DNA of 64,000 bases from Candidatus Levyibacteriota bacterium (GTDB lineage: Bacteria > Patescibacteriota > Microgenomatia > Levybacterales > UBA12049), in the NCBI GenBank assembly GCA_029260905.1, contig JAJDCH010000003.1, positions 1,553 to 65,552 on the forward strand. Direction: 5' to 3'. Of this stretch, positions 30,402-39,335 are shown piece by piece. Below the pieces are notes generated by a model. The model was given only the letters and a program-made list of their open reading frames with translations. It did not search any database and was not told where the DNA came from. The translations under genes were made by a program, and so were the position numbers. How positions within the stretch are numbered: the first letter of the stretch is position 1; every line of letters starts with the position of its first letter.

Positions 30402-30803
30402 ATGGCAAAAGTAGCTAAAAAATCAGCAAAACAAAAGAAAAAGTCACTCGAAAACGTAACAGAACACGGTCGTGTTTATGTGACATCGACTTTTAATAAC
30501 ACTTTGGTAACAGTTACCAATGATAAAGGCGATGCGCTTGGTTGGAGTAGTGCAGGACATAAGGGATTTAAGGGAACCCGAAAGTCAACTCCATATGCTG
30601 CATCCATTGCGGTTGAGGATACAGTCAGAAGAATAATTGAAAAAGGACTCAAATCAGCCGATGTTTTTATAAAAGGTCCAGGAAACGGACGGGAATCATC
30701 GTTAAGAGGTATAAAAGCAGCGGGGCTTACAATAAATTCTATTTCAGACATAACGCCTATGCCTCATAATGGGCCAAGGGCGAAGAACAAAAGAAGAGTT
30801 TAA
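30402..30803 (+). CDS. rpsK: 30S ribosomal protein S11.
   Basis: It is conserved in sequence and in operon position. Confidence 0.95.
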   Translation: MAKVAKKSAKQKKKSLENVTEHGRVYVTSTFNNTLVTVTNDKGDALGWSSAGHKGFKGTRKSTPYAASIAVEDTVRRIIEKGLKSADVFIKGPGNGRESSLRGIKAAGLTINSISDITPMPHNGPRAKNKRRV

Positions 30804-30806
30804 TTT

Positions 30807-31409
30807 ATGGGAAGATACACAGGACCAAAACACAAATTAGCAAGAAGGGAAGGAATAAATGTTCTCGAGAAGACATCAAATTCTTTGATGAGAAGACTCA
30901 ATACCCCTCCTGGTGTTCATGGAGCAAAAAGAAAAAGAAGACCATCAGAGTTTGGTCTTCAGCTAAGAGAAAAGCAAAAAGCAAAGGCAATTTATGGTCT
31001 TTATGAGAAGCAAATGAAAAAACTTATTCAGGCTGTTTCTCTTCAAAAAGGAGATACAGAAGAGCTCTTTCTATCAAGGCTTGAAACCAGACTTGATAAT
31101 GTTGTTTATAGACTTGGTCTTGCTAAGTCAAGAATGATGGCTCGTCAAGCTGTTTCACACGGGCATGTTATTGTTAACGGTAAAAGAATGAGCATACCCT
31201 CGTATGAGGTAAAGGTAGGAGATGTTATAACGATTGATGATAAGATGCAGAAAAATCCAGACATCATGAAACTTTTTGAGGAGAAAAATGAGATAAGTGA
31301 TTTTCTTGAAAAAAAAGGTCCTGTTGGAAAGTTAAAAAGGCTTCCTACAGCTACGGATATTAATCCTCCTTTCTCAACAAAACAGATCATTGAATATTAT
31401 TCAAGATAG
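30807..31409 (+). CDS. rpsD: 30S ribosomal protein S4.
   Basis: The sequence reads MGRYTGPKHKLARREG. Confidence 0.96.
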   Translation: MGRYTGPKHKLARREGINVLEKTSNSLMRRLNTPPGVHGAKRKRRPSEFGLQLREKQKAKAIYGLYEKQMKKLIQAVSLQKGDTEELFLSRLETRLDNVVYRLGLAKSRMMARQAVSHGHVIVNGKRMSIPSYEVKVGDVITIDDKMQKNPDIMKLFEEKNEISDFLEKKGPVGKLKRLPTATDINPPFSTKQIIEYYSR

Positions 31410-31426
31410 TGGTACAATAGGAACTT

Positions 31427-32353
31427 ATGGATGAGCTAAACTTTAAAGTTAAAGAAATTACAAAAGGAACTGATTATGCAGAATTGGCAATTGAGCCATT
31501 GGAATCAGGATACGGTCATACAATAGGAAACGCGCTTCGTCGCGTGATGTATACATCAATTCCTGGAGCTTCAGTTACGTCAGTAAAGATCACAGGCGCC
31601 AAGCATAAATTCTCTACGCTTCCAGGTCTTAAAGAAAATATAGTTGACCTTCTTCTAAATCTTAAAGAAGTTAATTTCAGATTTATAGGAAAGAAAGACA
31701 GCGAAACAGTTAAGCTTTCAGTAAAAGGATCAGGAAAGATCACAGCAAAAGACATTCAATCAACAGATGCAGTAGAGGTTGTAAATAAAGATCAATATAT
31801 CGGATCGCTTTCAGGAGACAAAGCAAAGCTTGAAATGGAATTGACAATTGAAAAAGGCTATGGTTACGGTCTTTCAGAGGACAGAAAAACAAGCACACTT
31901 GGAGTGATCTCAGCTGACGCAGTTTTTACACCTGTAAGAAGAGTAAACTACACTGTGGTTGCAACCCGTGTTGGTAGGAGAACTGATTTTGATAAGCTTA
32001 TTCTTAAGGTTTGGACAAATGGAACAGTAACTCCGAGAGAGGCGCTTGATGTTGCCGCAAAGATACTTGCCAAGAGCTTTACTCAGATTTATGACCCTAA
32101 AAAAACAGAAGCAGAAGAAGAAAAACCAGCAGAAGCATCACAAATTTCTCAGGATCTTCTCCAAATGACAATTGATGAGTTGGATCTTCCAACAAGAATT
32201 TATAACAGTCTTAGAAACGGTGGAATTGAGACAATAGAGCAGCTTCTTGCAGTACCAAGAAAAGAACTTGTTACCATGAGAAACATGGGCGGTAAATCAA
32301 TCTCAGTTATTGAAGGAAAGTTAAAAGATCGTGGAATAAGTCTAAACGCTTAA
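31427..32353 (+). CDS. rpoA: DNA-directed RNA polymerase subunit alpha.
   Basis: It has an NTD and a CTD, and it follows rpsD. Confidence 0.95.
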   Translation: MDELNFKVKEITKGTDYAELAIEPLESGYGHTIGNALRRVMYTSIPGASVTSVKITGAKHKFSTLPGLKENIVDLLLNLKEVNFRFIGKKDSETVKLSVKGSGKITAKDIQSTDAVEVVNKDQYIGSLSGDKAKLEMELTIEKGYGYGLSEDRKTSTLGVISADAVFTPVRRVNYTVVATRVGRRTDFDKLILKVWTNGTVTPREALDVAAKILAKSFTQIYDPKKTEAEEEKPAEASQISQDLLQMTIDELDLPTRIYNSLRNGGIETIEQLLAVPRKELVTMRNMGGKSISVIEGKLKDRGISLNA

Positions 32354-32379
32354 GATCTCAAATCTTAGATCTCAAATGT

Positions 32380-32412
32380 CAAATCTCAGGTTTATGGTTT
32401 GCGTTTTGAGAT
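32380..32412 (+). terminator. Possible terminator-like hairpin after rpoA (AATCTCA ... TGAGATT followed by a T-run).
   Basis: A 7 bp inverted repeat with a long loop is followed by TTTTTTG. It is preceded by short AGATCTCAAAT direct repeats. Confidence 0.25.
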
Positions 32413-32427
32413 TTTTTGTTATGTATT

Positions 32428-32991
32428 ATGAAAAAAAGAATATTTGGAAGAAAATTCAAGAGGGATGCCAACGAGCGAAAAGCGCTTTTTAAAAATCTTT
32501 TGACTTCGCTTGTTATTCACGAGCGAATCAGAACTAGTGAAGCAAAGGCAAAGGCTATTAAGTCTTCAGCAGACAAGCTGATAACTAGTGCAAAAAAAGG
32601 AAAAGCTGGAACAAGAGCGCTTGAATCAAAAGTGAATGGAACCGTAGTTCCAAAGCTTATAAATGATTTAGCTCCCAGGTTTGCAAAAAGAAACGGTGGA
32701 TATACGAGAATTGTAAAGGTGGGTAAAAAAAGAGTTGCAGATAATGCATCAATGGCGTTTATTGAATGGACAGAAAAGAAATTGGAATCTAAAGTTGAAG
32801 GTTCAGAATCAAGCAGGGAAATTACAAAAAAGACAGTTAAAACTCCAGCTAAAAAATCAGTAAAGGTTGAAAATAAATCAGCAAAAACCAAAGCAAAGAA
32901 AATACCTGTTGTGAAACCTGCGCCAAAGAAGGAGCAGCCCAAAAAGGATAATCTATTTAAGCAGATTTTTTCAAGACAGAAGAAAGGATAA
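32428..32991 (+). CDS. rplQ: 50S ribosomal protein L17, with a K-rich C-terminal extension.
   Basis: The sequence reads MKKRIFGRKFKRDANERKALFKNL. The listed ORF starts at an upstream TTG. Confidence 0.93.
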   Translation: MKKRIFGRKFKRDANERKALFKNLLTSLVIHERIRTSEAKAKAIKSSADKLITSAKKGKAGTRALESKVNGTVVPKLINDLAPRFAKRNGGYTRIVKVGKKRVADNASMAFIEWTEKKLESKVEGSESSREITKKTVKTPAKKSVKVENKSAKTKAKKIPVVKPAPKKEQPKKDNLFKQIFSRQKKG

Positions 32992-32994
32992 GCT

Positions 32995-33426
32995 ATGAGT
33001 CAGACACTAACAACACAATCAACAAAAGCAGGGGACATAAAGAGAGAATGGCATTTGGTGGATGTGAAAGATAAGGTACTAGGTCGTATATCAACCGATA
33101 TTGCAAAACTCTTGATGGGTAAGGGTAAGCCTTACTTTGTCCGTAATCTTGATTGTGGAGACTATGTAGTGGTTACAAATGCAAAAAATATTAAAGTAAC
33201 AGGAAATAAAGAAGAGCAGAAGAATTACTATCGTCATTCAGGTTATCCAGGTGGTTTTAGACAAGAAAAATTGGGTGATCTAAGGGAAAGACGTCCTGAG
33301 GAGATAGTGCGTCATGCAGTAAGAGGGATGCTTCCTCAGAATAGGCTAAGAGACAAAATGCTAACAAGGCTAAGGGTTTTTGCAGGCGAAGAACATGAGC
33401 ATGGAGATAAGTTTAAAAATGCATAG
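32995..33426 (+). CDS. rplM: 50S ribosomal protein L13.
   Basis: It is conserved in sequence. Confidence 0.94.
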   Translation: MSQTLTTQSTKAGDIKREWHLVDVKDKVLGRISTDIAKLLMGKGKPYFVRNLDCGDYVVVTNAKNIKVTGNKEEQKNYYRHSGYPGGFRQEKLGDLRERRPEEIVRHAVRGMLPQNRLRDKMLTRLRVFAGEEHEHGDKFKNA

Positions 33427-33464
33427 TCACAAGTTATAAGTGACAAGTGCTAAGTCTAAAAACT

Positions 33465-33496
33465 TATAACTTATAACTTATAACTTATAACTTTTT
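33465..33496 (+). repeat. Tandem octamer repeat (ACTTATAA x4) in the rplM-rpsI spacer.
   Basis: The sequence reads aacttataacttataacttataacttataactt. Confidence 0.8.
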
Positions 33497-33985
33497 ATGG
33501 AAGATCAAAATAAAGAAATAAAACAAACAAATAAAGAAAAATCTTTGAAAAAAGAGTATATTGTGGCTGTTGGAAAAAGAAAAGAAGCTGTTGCAAGGGT
33601 CAGGATTTATAAGACAGTTAAGCCTGATTTGATGTGGGGAGAAACTCCTGTTAAGAAAGGTGAAATTTTGGTCAATGAAAAACCAATTGCTGAGTATTTC
33701 CCAAGTGAAATTGAGAGAAAAAGATATACTGAACCCCTTCGAATTACAAATACTCACCAACTCAATTTGGCGATTACAATCAGGGTATCAGGTGGTGGAA
33801 GAGCTGCTCAGCTTGATGCTGTGATTGCTGGAATTGCAAAGAGTCTAAATGAACTTGACAGAGAAAAACACAGACCAGTTCTTAAGAAAAAAGGATTTCT
33901 CACAAGAGATGCTAGAGTCAGACAGAGAAGAAAAGTAGGTATGGGTGGAAAATCAAGACGCAAGAAACAATCACCAAAGAGGTAG
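33497..33985 (+). CDS. rpsI: 30S ribosomal protein S9, with a K/E-rich N-terminal extension.
   Basis: The C-terminus is GGGRAAQLDAVIAGIAKSL...KSRRKKQSPKR. Confidence 0.94.
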   Translation: MEDQNKEIKQTNKEKSLKKEYIVAVGKRKEAVARVRIYKTVKPDLMWGETPVKKGEILVNEKPIAEYFPSEIERKRYTEPLRITNTHQLNLAITIRVSGGGRAAQLDAVIAGIAKSLNELDREKHRPVLKKKGFLTRDARVRQRRKVGMGGKSRRKKQSPKR

Positions 33986-33992
33986 TCTTATA

Positions 33993-34460
33993 TCAAGCAG
34001 CCCGCCGTCCACCAGCACCCATTACTCCAGTTGCGCTCAGAGCTACACCAGTGCCAATTATTACAGGTGCAGCAGCCATTGCGAGGATAAGAGCCAGTAA
34101 TCCTCCTGCGCCTTTCTTGCTCCATGATTTTAGTTGTTCTTTTGTAAGTCCTGATGCATAAGCGATGTCTTCTATTAATTTGTCTCGTTGTATTGCATCG
34201 TCCAGATTGACACCCTTTCCAAATACAGCCTCAGTCATTCCGTCAAGCTTGCTTAGTTCCGGATCGACAAGAAGAATGCCGAGATTACCGGGGTTTTCCT
34301 GAAGTGCATTTTGAAGTGAAGCAATTTTTTTCTCATCAAAGCCTGAATCTTTTATCATTTGATTAAGTCTTTCTTGTGCCTGGTCAGCTTGGGGCTTTAG
34401 GTCTTCAAGGACAGGTCGTATTGAATCCTTCGCAGCAGGTCCCATTGTGTTTGAGGCCAT
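33993..34460 (-). CDS. Hypothetical protein with a C-terminal TM anchor. Its composition is more GC-rich than the flanking genes.
   Basis: The ORF is 155 aa and ends ..GLLALILAMAAAPVIIGTGVALSATGVMGAGG. No recognisable domain was found. Confidence 0.4.
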   Translation of the reverse strand: MASNTMGPAAKDSIRPVLEDLKPQADQAQERLNQMIKDSGFDEKKIASLQNALQENPGNLGILLVDPELSKLDGMTEAVFGKGVNLDDAIQRDKLIEDIAYASGLTKEQLKSWSKKGAGGLLALILAMAAAPVIIGTGVALSATGVMGAGGRRAA

Positions 34461-34668
34461 ACACGCTATGCTGACGCCAGAACAGCTGGCAGAGATTTTA
34501 GAGGATAGAATGTTTCTTATCCTGTTACAAATGATTTGGATGGAGTATTTGACGAAATTGAAAATCAGTTGACAACAGGAGGACTTAATTCAACTGATTT
34601 TATAAATGCATTTAAAGGAATAGTAGATCATATAAGACGAAAAGGAGTCGGTATATAATAAATAAATT

Positions 34669-35052
34669 ATGTTAACTACAAAAGACATTATTAAAATACT
34701 ACCTCTTGATGAGGAGTATAAGAACGAGCTTTTTTTGGGATTTGATGAACTCGAAGAAGATGTGAAGAGCAATCTAACAGACATGCTGTGGGAGGCATAT
34801 ATAACTTATTACAACATGTTGCTTGAAAAAAATATTCAAGAAGGGTTGTTATTGGCGGCAGAGGGCAAAGGTGAACAAAGACTTGATGGAGAATATTATA
34901 AAAAAATGGTTAAAAAAACAGAGGATGAGTTGCAGGCAAATATGACTCAGAAAAGCTCAGCTGTTGATCTGGAAGCAGCCAGAGATGCGATGCAGAAGAT
35001 CGTTGCTGAGATAAATGCGAGTAAAGTTACTCTCAAAAAGCCGAGCAATTAA
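34669..35052 (+). CDS. Hypothetical acidic protein.
   Basis: The ORF is 127 aa with no recognisable motif. An AT-rich upstream region contains a short start-less ORF fragment. Confidence 0.4.
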   Translation: MLTTKDIIKILPLDEEYKNELFLGFDELEEDVKSNLTDMLWEAYITYYNMLLEKNIQEGLLLAAEGKGEQRLDGEYYKKMVKKTEDELQANMTQKSSAVDLEAARDAMQKIVAEINASKVTLKKPSN

Positions 35053-35679
35053 TTAGATTTCAAATACCTCTCCTGTTTTTGTAGATAGGAATTTGATGTT
35101 TTTTTCTGCAAAGAATTTATCAAGTCTTTTGTAGTATTCCTCCCTGTAGTTATTTCTGAGATGATGATCATGAATTGGGATAATTGTTTTTGGTTTTACC
35201 TCAATTGCTTTTTCAGCAGCTTGAGTTATCATCCATGATGGGCCAAGAAGGGGAAGTGCAAGAACATCAGCTGATCGGTCAAAGCTTATATAATCTCCAG
35301 GATGTGTAAGTCTGCCAAATACTTCAAATATGCTGTTTGGAGGGGATGGATTATCAAAAATATGTTCATGTGTTATTTCTTTTAAACTCACAAATTCATC
35401 TCCGTTATTTTGTGCCTTTATACTTTCTGCTGTCAGAATCTCAACAACTGATTTATTGCTTATTATTTTTGCATCTGGAAATTTGCTTAGCAACTCTTTA
35501 ATAAATGGAATATGCATATGATCTTTATGTTCGTGGGTAATGAGAATATAGTTAAGGTTTTGGAGTTTTTCTATATCCAAAGCCTTTTCTTCAGAGGTAA
35601 AGATTCCTGGATCAATTAGTGCAGTTTTGCCACTTTCTTCAACCAGAATGCAAGAATGAAGATGTTTAGATACTCTCAT
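35053..35679 (-). CDS. Metallo-beta-lactamase fold hydrolase.
   Basis: It carries an ILITHEHKDHM motif (HxHxDH). Confidence 0.75.
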   Translation of the reverse strand: MRVSKHLHSCILVEESGKTALIDPGIFTSEEKALDIEKLQNLNYILITHEHKDHMHIPFIKELLSKFPDAKIISNKSVVEILTAESIKAQNNGDEFVSLKEITHEHIFDNPSPPNSIFEVFGRLTHPGDYISFDRSADVLALPLLGPSWMITQAAEKAIEVKPKTIIPIHDHHLRNNYREEYYKRLDKFFAEKNIKFLSTKTGEVFEI

Positions 35680-35739
35680 TAGATTATTATAGCAAATAAA
35701 ACTGTTGCAAACGAAAAAAAATTATGTTTAAATAGGCTA

Positions 35740-36873
35740 TTGCCTTTTATGGATTCAGCCAAATTTACATCAGAATCAGTATGTAGTGGACATCCTGATA
35801 AGATTTGTGATCAGATATCAGATGCCATAGTTGATGCAATCTTGTCAGTTGATCCCGATGGTCATGCAGCAGTAGAAACAATGGCAGCCCATGGTCAGAT
35901 AATCTTAGCAGGAGAGGTTAAGTCAAGAAAAAGAGTTAACTTTGAAAAAATTGCCAGAGATCAGATAAAACGACTTGGTTATACGGATAGCAAATCAGGT
36001 TTCTCCAATAAATCCCCAATGGCTATTTATGTTCACCAGCAATCACCAGAGATAAATATGGGTGTTGCAAGAAAAGGCAACCACAATGGTATAACTGGCG
36101 CAGGTGATCAAGGAATGATGTTTGGTTTTGCTTGCAGTCAGACACCCCAATTTATGCCTCTTCCTATCATAATTGCACATGAGCTGACCAGAAAGATTGA
36201 TAAAGTTCGTGAGTCAAAATCGCTTTCCTATCTAAGACCTGATGGAAAGTCTCAAGTTACAATTGATTATAAAAAGGGTGTTCCCGTTGGGGTTTCATCA
36301 GTTGTCATTGCTGTGCCTCATAAAGAAAACATTACGCTCGATCAGGTAAAGCAAGATGTATACAAAAAGATTGTCACGCCTGTTCTTGCAAAATATGGAT
36401 TTAAAATATCAGCAAAAGATTTAATTGTTAACGGAACAGGAGTCTGGCACAATGGTGGTCCGTCAGCTGACTCGGGACTAACTGGACGGAAAATAGTTGT
36501 TGATACATATGGAGGTTATGCGAGAGTTGGTGGTGGAGCATTTAGTGGAAAAGATCCCACTAAAGTTGATAGGTCTGGCGCTTATGCAGCTCGTTTTTTA
36601 GCCAAAAATATAGTAGCCAATAAATTGGCAGAGAAAGCTGAAGTAAGATTGGCCTATTTCATCGGAGCGCTTAAGCCTCTAATGCAGGAGGTTGAGACAT
36701 TTGGAACAGCTAAAAAGTCACAAAAAGTTATTGATGATTTTGCATCAAGCCTTCTCGACACCTCAGTTGATGGAATAATAAAAGGCTTGAATCTTAAGCG
36801 ACCAATTTATTTGGAAACAGCAGCTTATGGACATTTTGGAAGAAATGGTTTCCCCTGGGAGAAGATTGTCTAA
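35740..36873 (+). CDS. metK: S-adenosylmethionine synthetase.
   Basis: It carries FTSESVCSGHPDKICDQISDAIVDA and GAGDQGMMFGFA. Confidence 0.93.
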   Translation: MPFMDSAKFTSESVCSGHPDKICDQISDAIVDAILSVDPDGHAAVETMAAHGQIILAGEVKSRKRVNFEKIARDQIKRLGYTDSKSGFSNKSPMAIYVHQQSPEINMGVARKGNHNGITGAGDQGMMFGFACSQTPQFMPLPIIIAHELTRKIDKVRESKSLSYLRPDGKSQVTIDYKKGVPVGVSSVVIAVPHKENITLDQVKQDVYKKIVTPVLAKYGFKISAKDLIVNGTGVWHNGGPSADSGLTGRKIVVDTYGGYARVGGGAFSGKDPTKVDRSGAYAARFLAKNIVANKLAEKAEVRLAYFIGALKPLMQEVETFGTAKKSQKVIDDFASSLLDTSVDGIIKGLNLKRPIYLETAAYGHFGRNGFPWEKIV

Positions 36874-37449
36874 TTATTTTTTGTAAATCCAGAGATCCAT
36901 TCCTGATTTTTTCCCCAGAACATCTTTATTTTTTAATTCATCTTTTAGCCAATCGATGTATTCAATCGGAACATGAGAGTATGCAAGGCAGGTAAGCTCA
37001 GGGCTATTATAACGCTCTTGAATTATTTTTTGTTCAACACTAGTTAGTGCTATGCTTGTTGCATACCCACCAAGATGATACATAACAGCCTCAGCCATTT
37101 CTTTATCTTCTTTTAGAACTGGTAGTAAAATATTTACTTTTTTATCTTGTTTTTTTACATCAGCGCTTGTAAATTGTAGAGCATCGATCAGCACCTCTCC
37201 TAAGCTACTGCCTGTTGAAACTTTAACAAGCACCTCATCATCGTATCGTATTATTCCCCATTTTCCTGATTTAACCTCAAGTTTGTAGATTTTTTTGTTT
37301 TCAAATGTATAAAAACAGGTTGCATAGTTTAGTTCACGCACAAGTGAAAGTTCATCTCTCTCACAAAACGCAATAATTTTTGGGAAGCTTCCTGTTGAGA
37401 AATGGTCTTCGTTTACAACTTTGGGGCATAAGCCATGTTCTTGATCCAT
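36874..37449 (-). CDS. Hypothetical protein.
   Basis: The ORF is 191 aa with no recognisable motif. It is convergent with metK and ends exactly at the metK stop. Confidence 0.35.
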   Translation of the reverse strand: MDQEHGLCPKVVNEDHFSTGSFPKIIAFCERDELSLVRELNYATCFYTFENKKIYKLEVKSGKWGIIRYDDEVLVKVSTGSSLGEVLIDALQFTSADVKKQDKKVNILLPVLKEDKEMAEAVMYHLGGYATSIALTSVEQKIIQERYNSPELTCLAYSHVPIEYIDWLKDELKNKDVLGKKSGMDLWIYKK

Positions 37450-37570
37450 AAAATATAATTTACAAGAAAGAGGTTACAAATGCAATCATTTTTGATTAAA
37501 GATGGGTTTATGTTTTACTGCTTACCTTTTTCTTACGGTATTAGAATGTATTAATAGTTATAATGAATTT

Positions 37571-37939
37571 ATGGCATCAGAAGATAAGTTAAGAATTGAA
37601 GATATTAAAAAAGGAGAAGGAGTTGAGGTTAAGGAAGGGGACTTGGCGGTAATACACTACACTGGATGGCTTACAGATCCTGAAGACCCAGATGGAAAAA
37701 CAGGTTTAAAAGGCAAGAAGTTTGATAGTTCACATGATAGAGACGAACCATTTGAGGTAAGAATTGGAGCAGGTTATGTGATAAAAGGTTGGGATATGGG
37801 CGTGCCTGGTATGAAGGTGGGAGGAAAAAGGAAGCTGATTATTCCACCTGATCTTGGCTATGGAAGGTATGGAGTAGATCCTGATATTCCAGGGAATGCA
37901 ATTTTGATTTTTGAAGTAGAGTTGGTGGATGTAAAGTAG
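37571..37939 (+). CDS. FKBP-type peptidyl-prolyl cis-trans isomerase (soluble).
   Basis: It has an FKBP core: FDSSHDRDEPFEVRIGAGYVIKGWDMGVPGMKVGGKRKLIIPPDLGYG. The start was trimmed from 37502. Confidence 0.85.
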   Translation: MASEDKLRIEDIKKGEGVEVKEGDLAVIHYTGWLTDPEDPDGKTGLKGKKFDSSHDRDEPFEVRIGAGYVIKGWDMGVPGMKVGGKRKLIIPPDLGYGRYGVDPDIPGNAILIFEVELVDVK

Positions 37940-37945
37940 AGGATT

Positions 37946-38617
37946 CTAGAAAAGGGTTTCTTTAGGTTCTTCATCTTCATCGGGTGGGCTGTTCTCAAAA
38001 GTCATTTTATAATAAACTTTTTTCGTTAGCTCTACATCTTTCATACAGTATTTACAGATTTCATCAATCCGACCTTCTTTAAAATATGGCCATACCATTG
38101 ATCCATCCATTTCATCTTTTGAGGTAGGAAGTCCCAATACTTTTGCTAGCGTATCTAATTTTTGAGTTTTGCCAAAATTCCACAAATCCCACTCACACAT
38201 AGTGTCATAAATCGGGGTATTGCGGTATCTAGCAAAGTTGAGCATTCTTGGTTTTACACCATTTATAATTGATCTTTTGTAAATAAAAGGCAAGTCAAAT
38301 GCCCAAATGTTATGTCCGATGAAGCGATCAACATTGCTTGATATTTCCCAAAAATCTTCAAGTTGCTTTTTTTCGCCCCCCCTTAATACTTCTTTTTGCA
38401 GTATTTCTGAATCTGTTTCTTTTATCAAGCCGATGCAACAAATTCTTCCAAATGTTCCTTCAAAGGATGTTCCTTCATGAAGCGACTTTTCAGATTTTTG
38501 ACTTGTTTGCCCTGAGGCTGTTGAACGAGAATTTTTCTCTTTGAGGATTTTTTGGTAAATTTCCCAATCGTCCTCAGATGAGGGAAGGGTTTCGATGTCA
38601 AAGAATAGTTTTATCAT
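37946..38617 (-). CDS. DEDDy-type 3'-5' exonuclease, related to the PolB proofreading domain (PF10108-like).
   Basis: It has Exo I FFDIETLP, Exo II HNIWAFDLPF and Exo III YCMKDV (YxxxD). Confidence 0.7.
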   Translation of the reverse strand: MIKLFFDIETLPSSEDDWEIYQKILKEKNSRSTASGQTSQKSEKSLHEGTSFEGTFGRICCIGLIKETDSEILQKEVLRGGEKKQLEDFWEISSNVDRFIGHNIWAFDLPFIYKRSIINGVKPRMLNFARYRNTPIYDTMCEWDLWNFGKTQKLDTLAKVLGLPTSKDEMDGSMVWPYFKEGRIDEICKYCMKDVELTKKVYYKMTFENSPPDEDEEPKETLF

Positions 38618-38660
38618 TCAGGTAATTGTACTAAATATTTTCACTTTTACAAAGTTTGCA

Positions 38661-39266
38661 TTAAGGAGTGGGTTTTGGGCTTGGTTGAATATCGCTACCT
38701 GCTGGGTTGTAAGAGAACTTTCTTGTTAAGGTGATCTGCTCACCCGTTACTGTGCTTTTTACTCTTAGATCAAGAATCACATCTCCTGAAGGCAAATCAT
38801 AAAGAGCAACCGATCTATCATCATAGCTTGACCATTTTCCTTTGTTTATTCTGTACGACCAAACAGATGCGCAGTAATCTTTTCCGCCTTCATCAATTTC
38901 AACAAAAACAGGGCTCTCAGTTATTTTTTCTCCTTCTTCAGGAGAGCTGATATCAACAGGACCCACCTCTTCTATGCAGGGAGCATCAGTTAGAGATAAT
39001 TTATCTGATTGATTATCTGGTGTTTCATTACTGTTTGATGTTGCAGGTTTTTCAATTATCCTTTCAAGGATATTGGTTGAAGGGATTTGTTCATTTTCTT
39101 TACTTGATTTAAGATTGTTGTAGTTGACAAGAATAATTGTTAGAAACATGGGAATCGAAAGAACTACAGCAAGAAATTCGAGATAATGTTTTTTTCTCGG
39201 AAGAATACGGTAAGATGTAAGAAATTTTTTCGTCCCTCTTTTAATTTTGTTTATAAAGCTTTGCAT
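38661..39266 (-). CDS. Hypothetical membrane-anchored or secreted protein.
   Basis: It has an N-terminal TM (FLAVVLSIPMFLTIILV). The rest has no recognisable motif. Confidence 0.4.
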   Translation of the reverse strand: MQSFINKIKRGTKKFLTSYRILPRKKHYLEFLAVVLSIPMFLTIILVNYNNLKSSKENEQIPSTNILERIIEKPATSNSNETPDNQSDKLSLTDAPCIEEVGPVDISSPEEGEKITESPVFVEIDEGGKDYCASVWSYRINKGKWSSYDDRSVALYDLPSGDVILDLRVKSTVTGEQITLTRKFSYNPAGSDIQPSPKPTP

Positions 39267-39335
39267 AATATTGCCTTGATTTAAGATTCTAACAAATAAT
39301 AGAAGATTTGCAAGAGAATAGGTATAATAAGTGTC

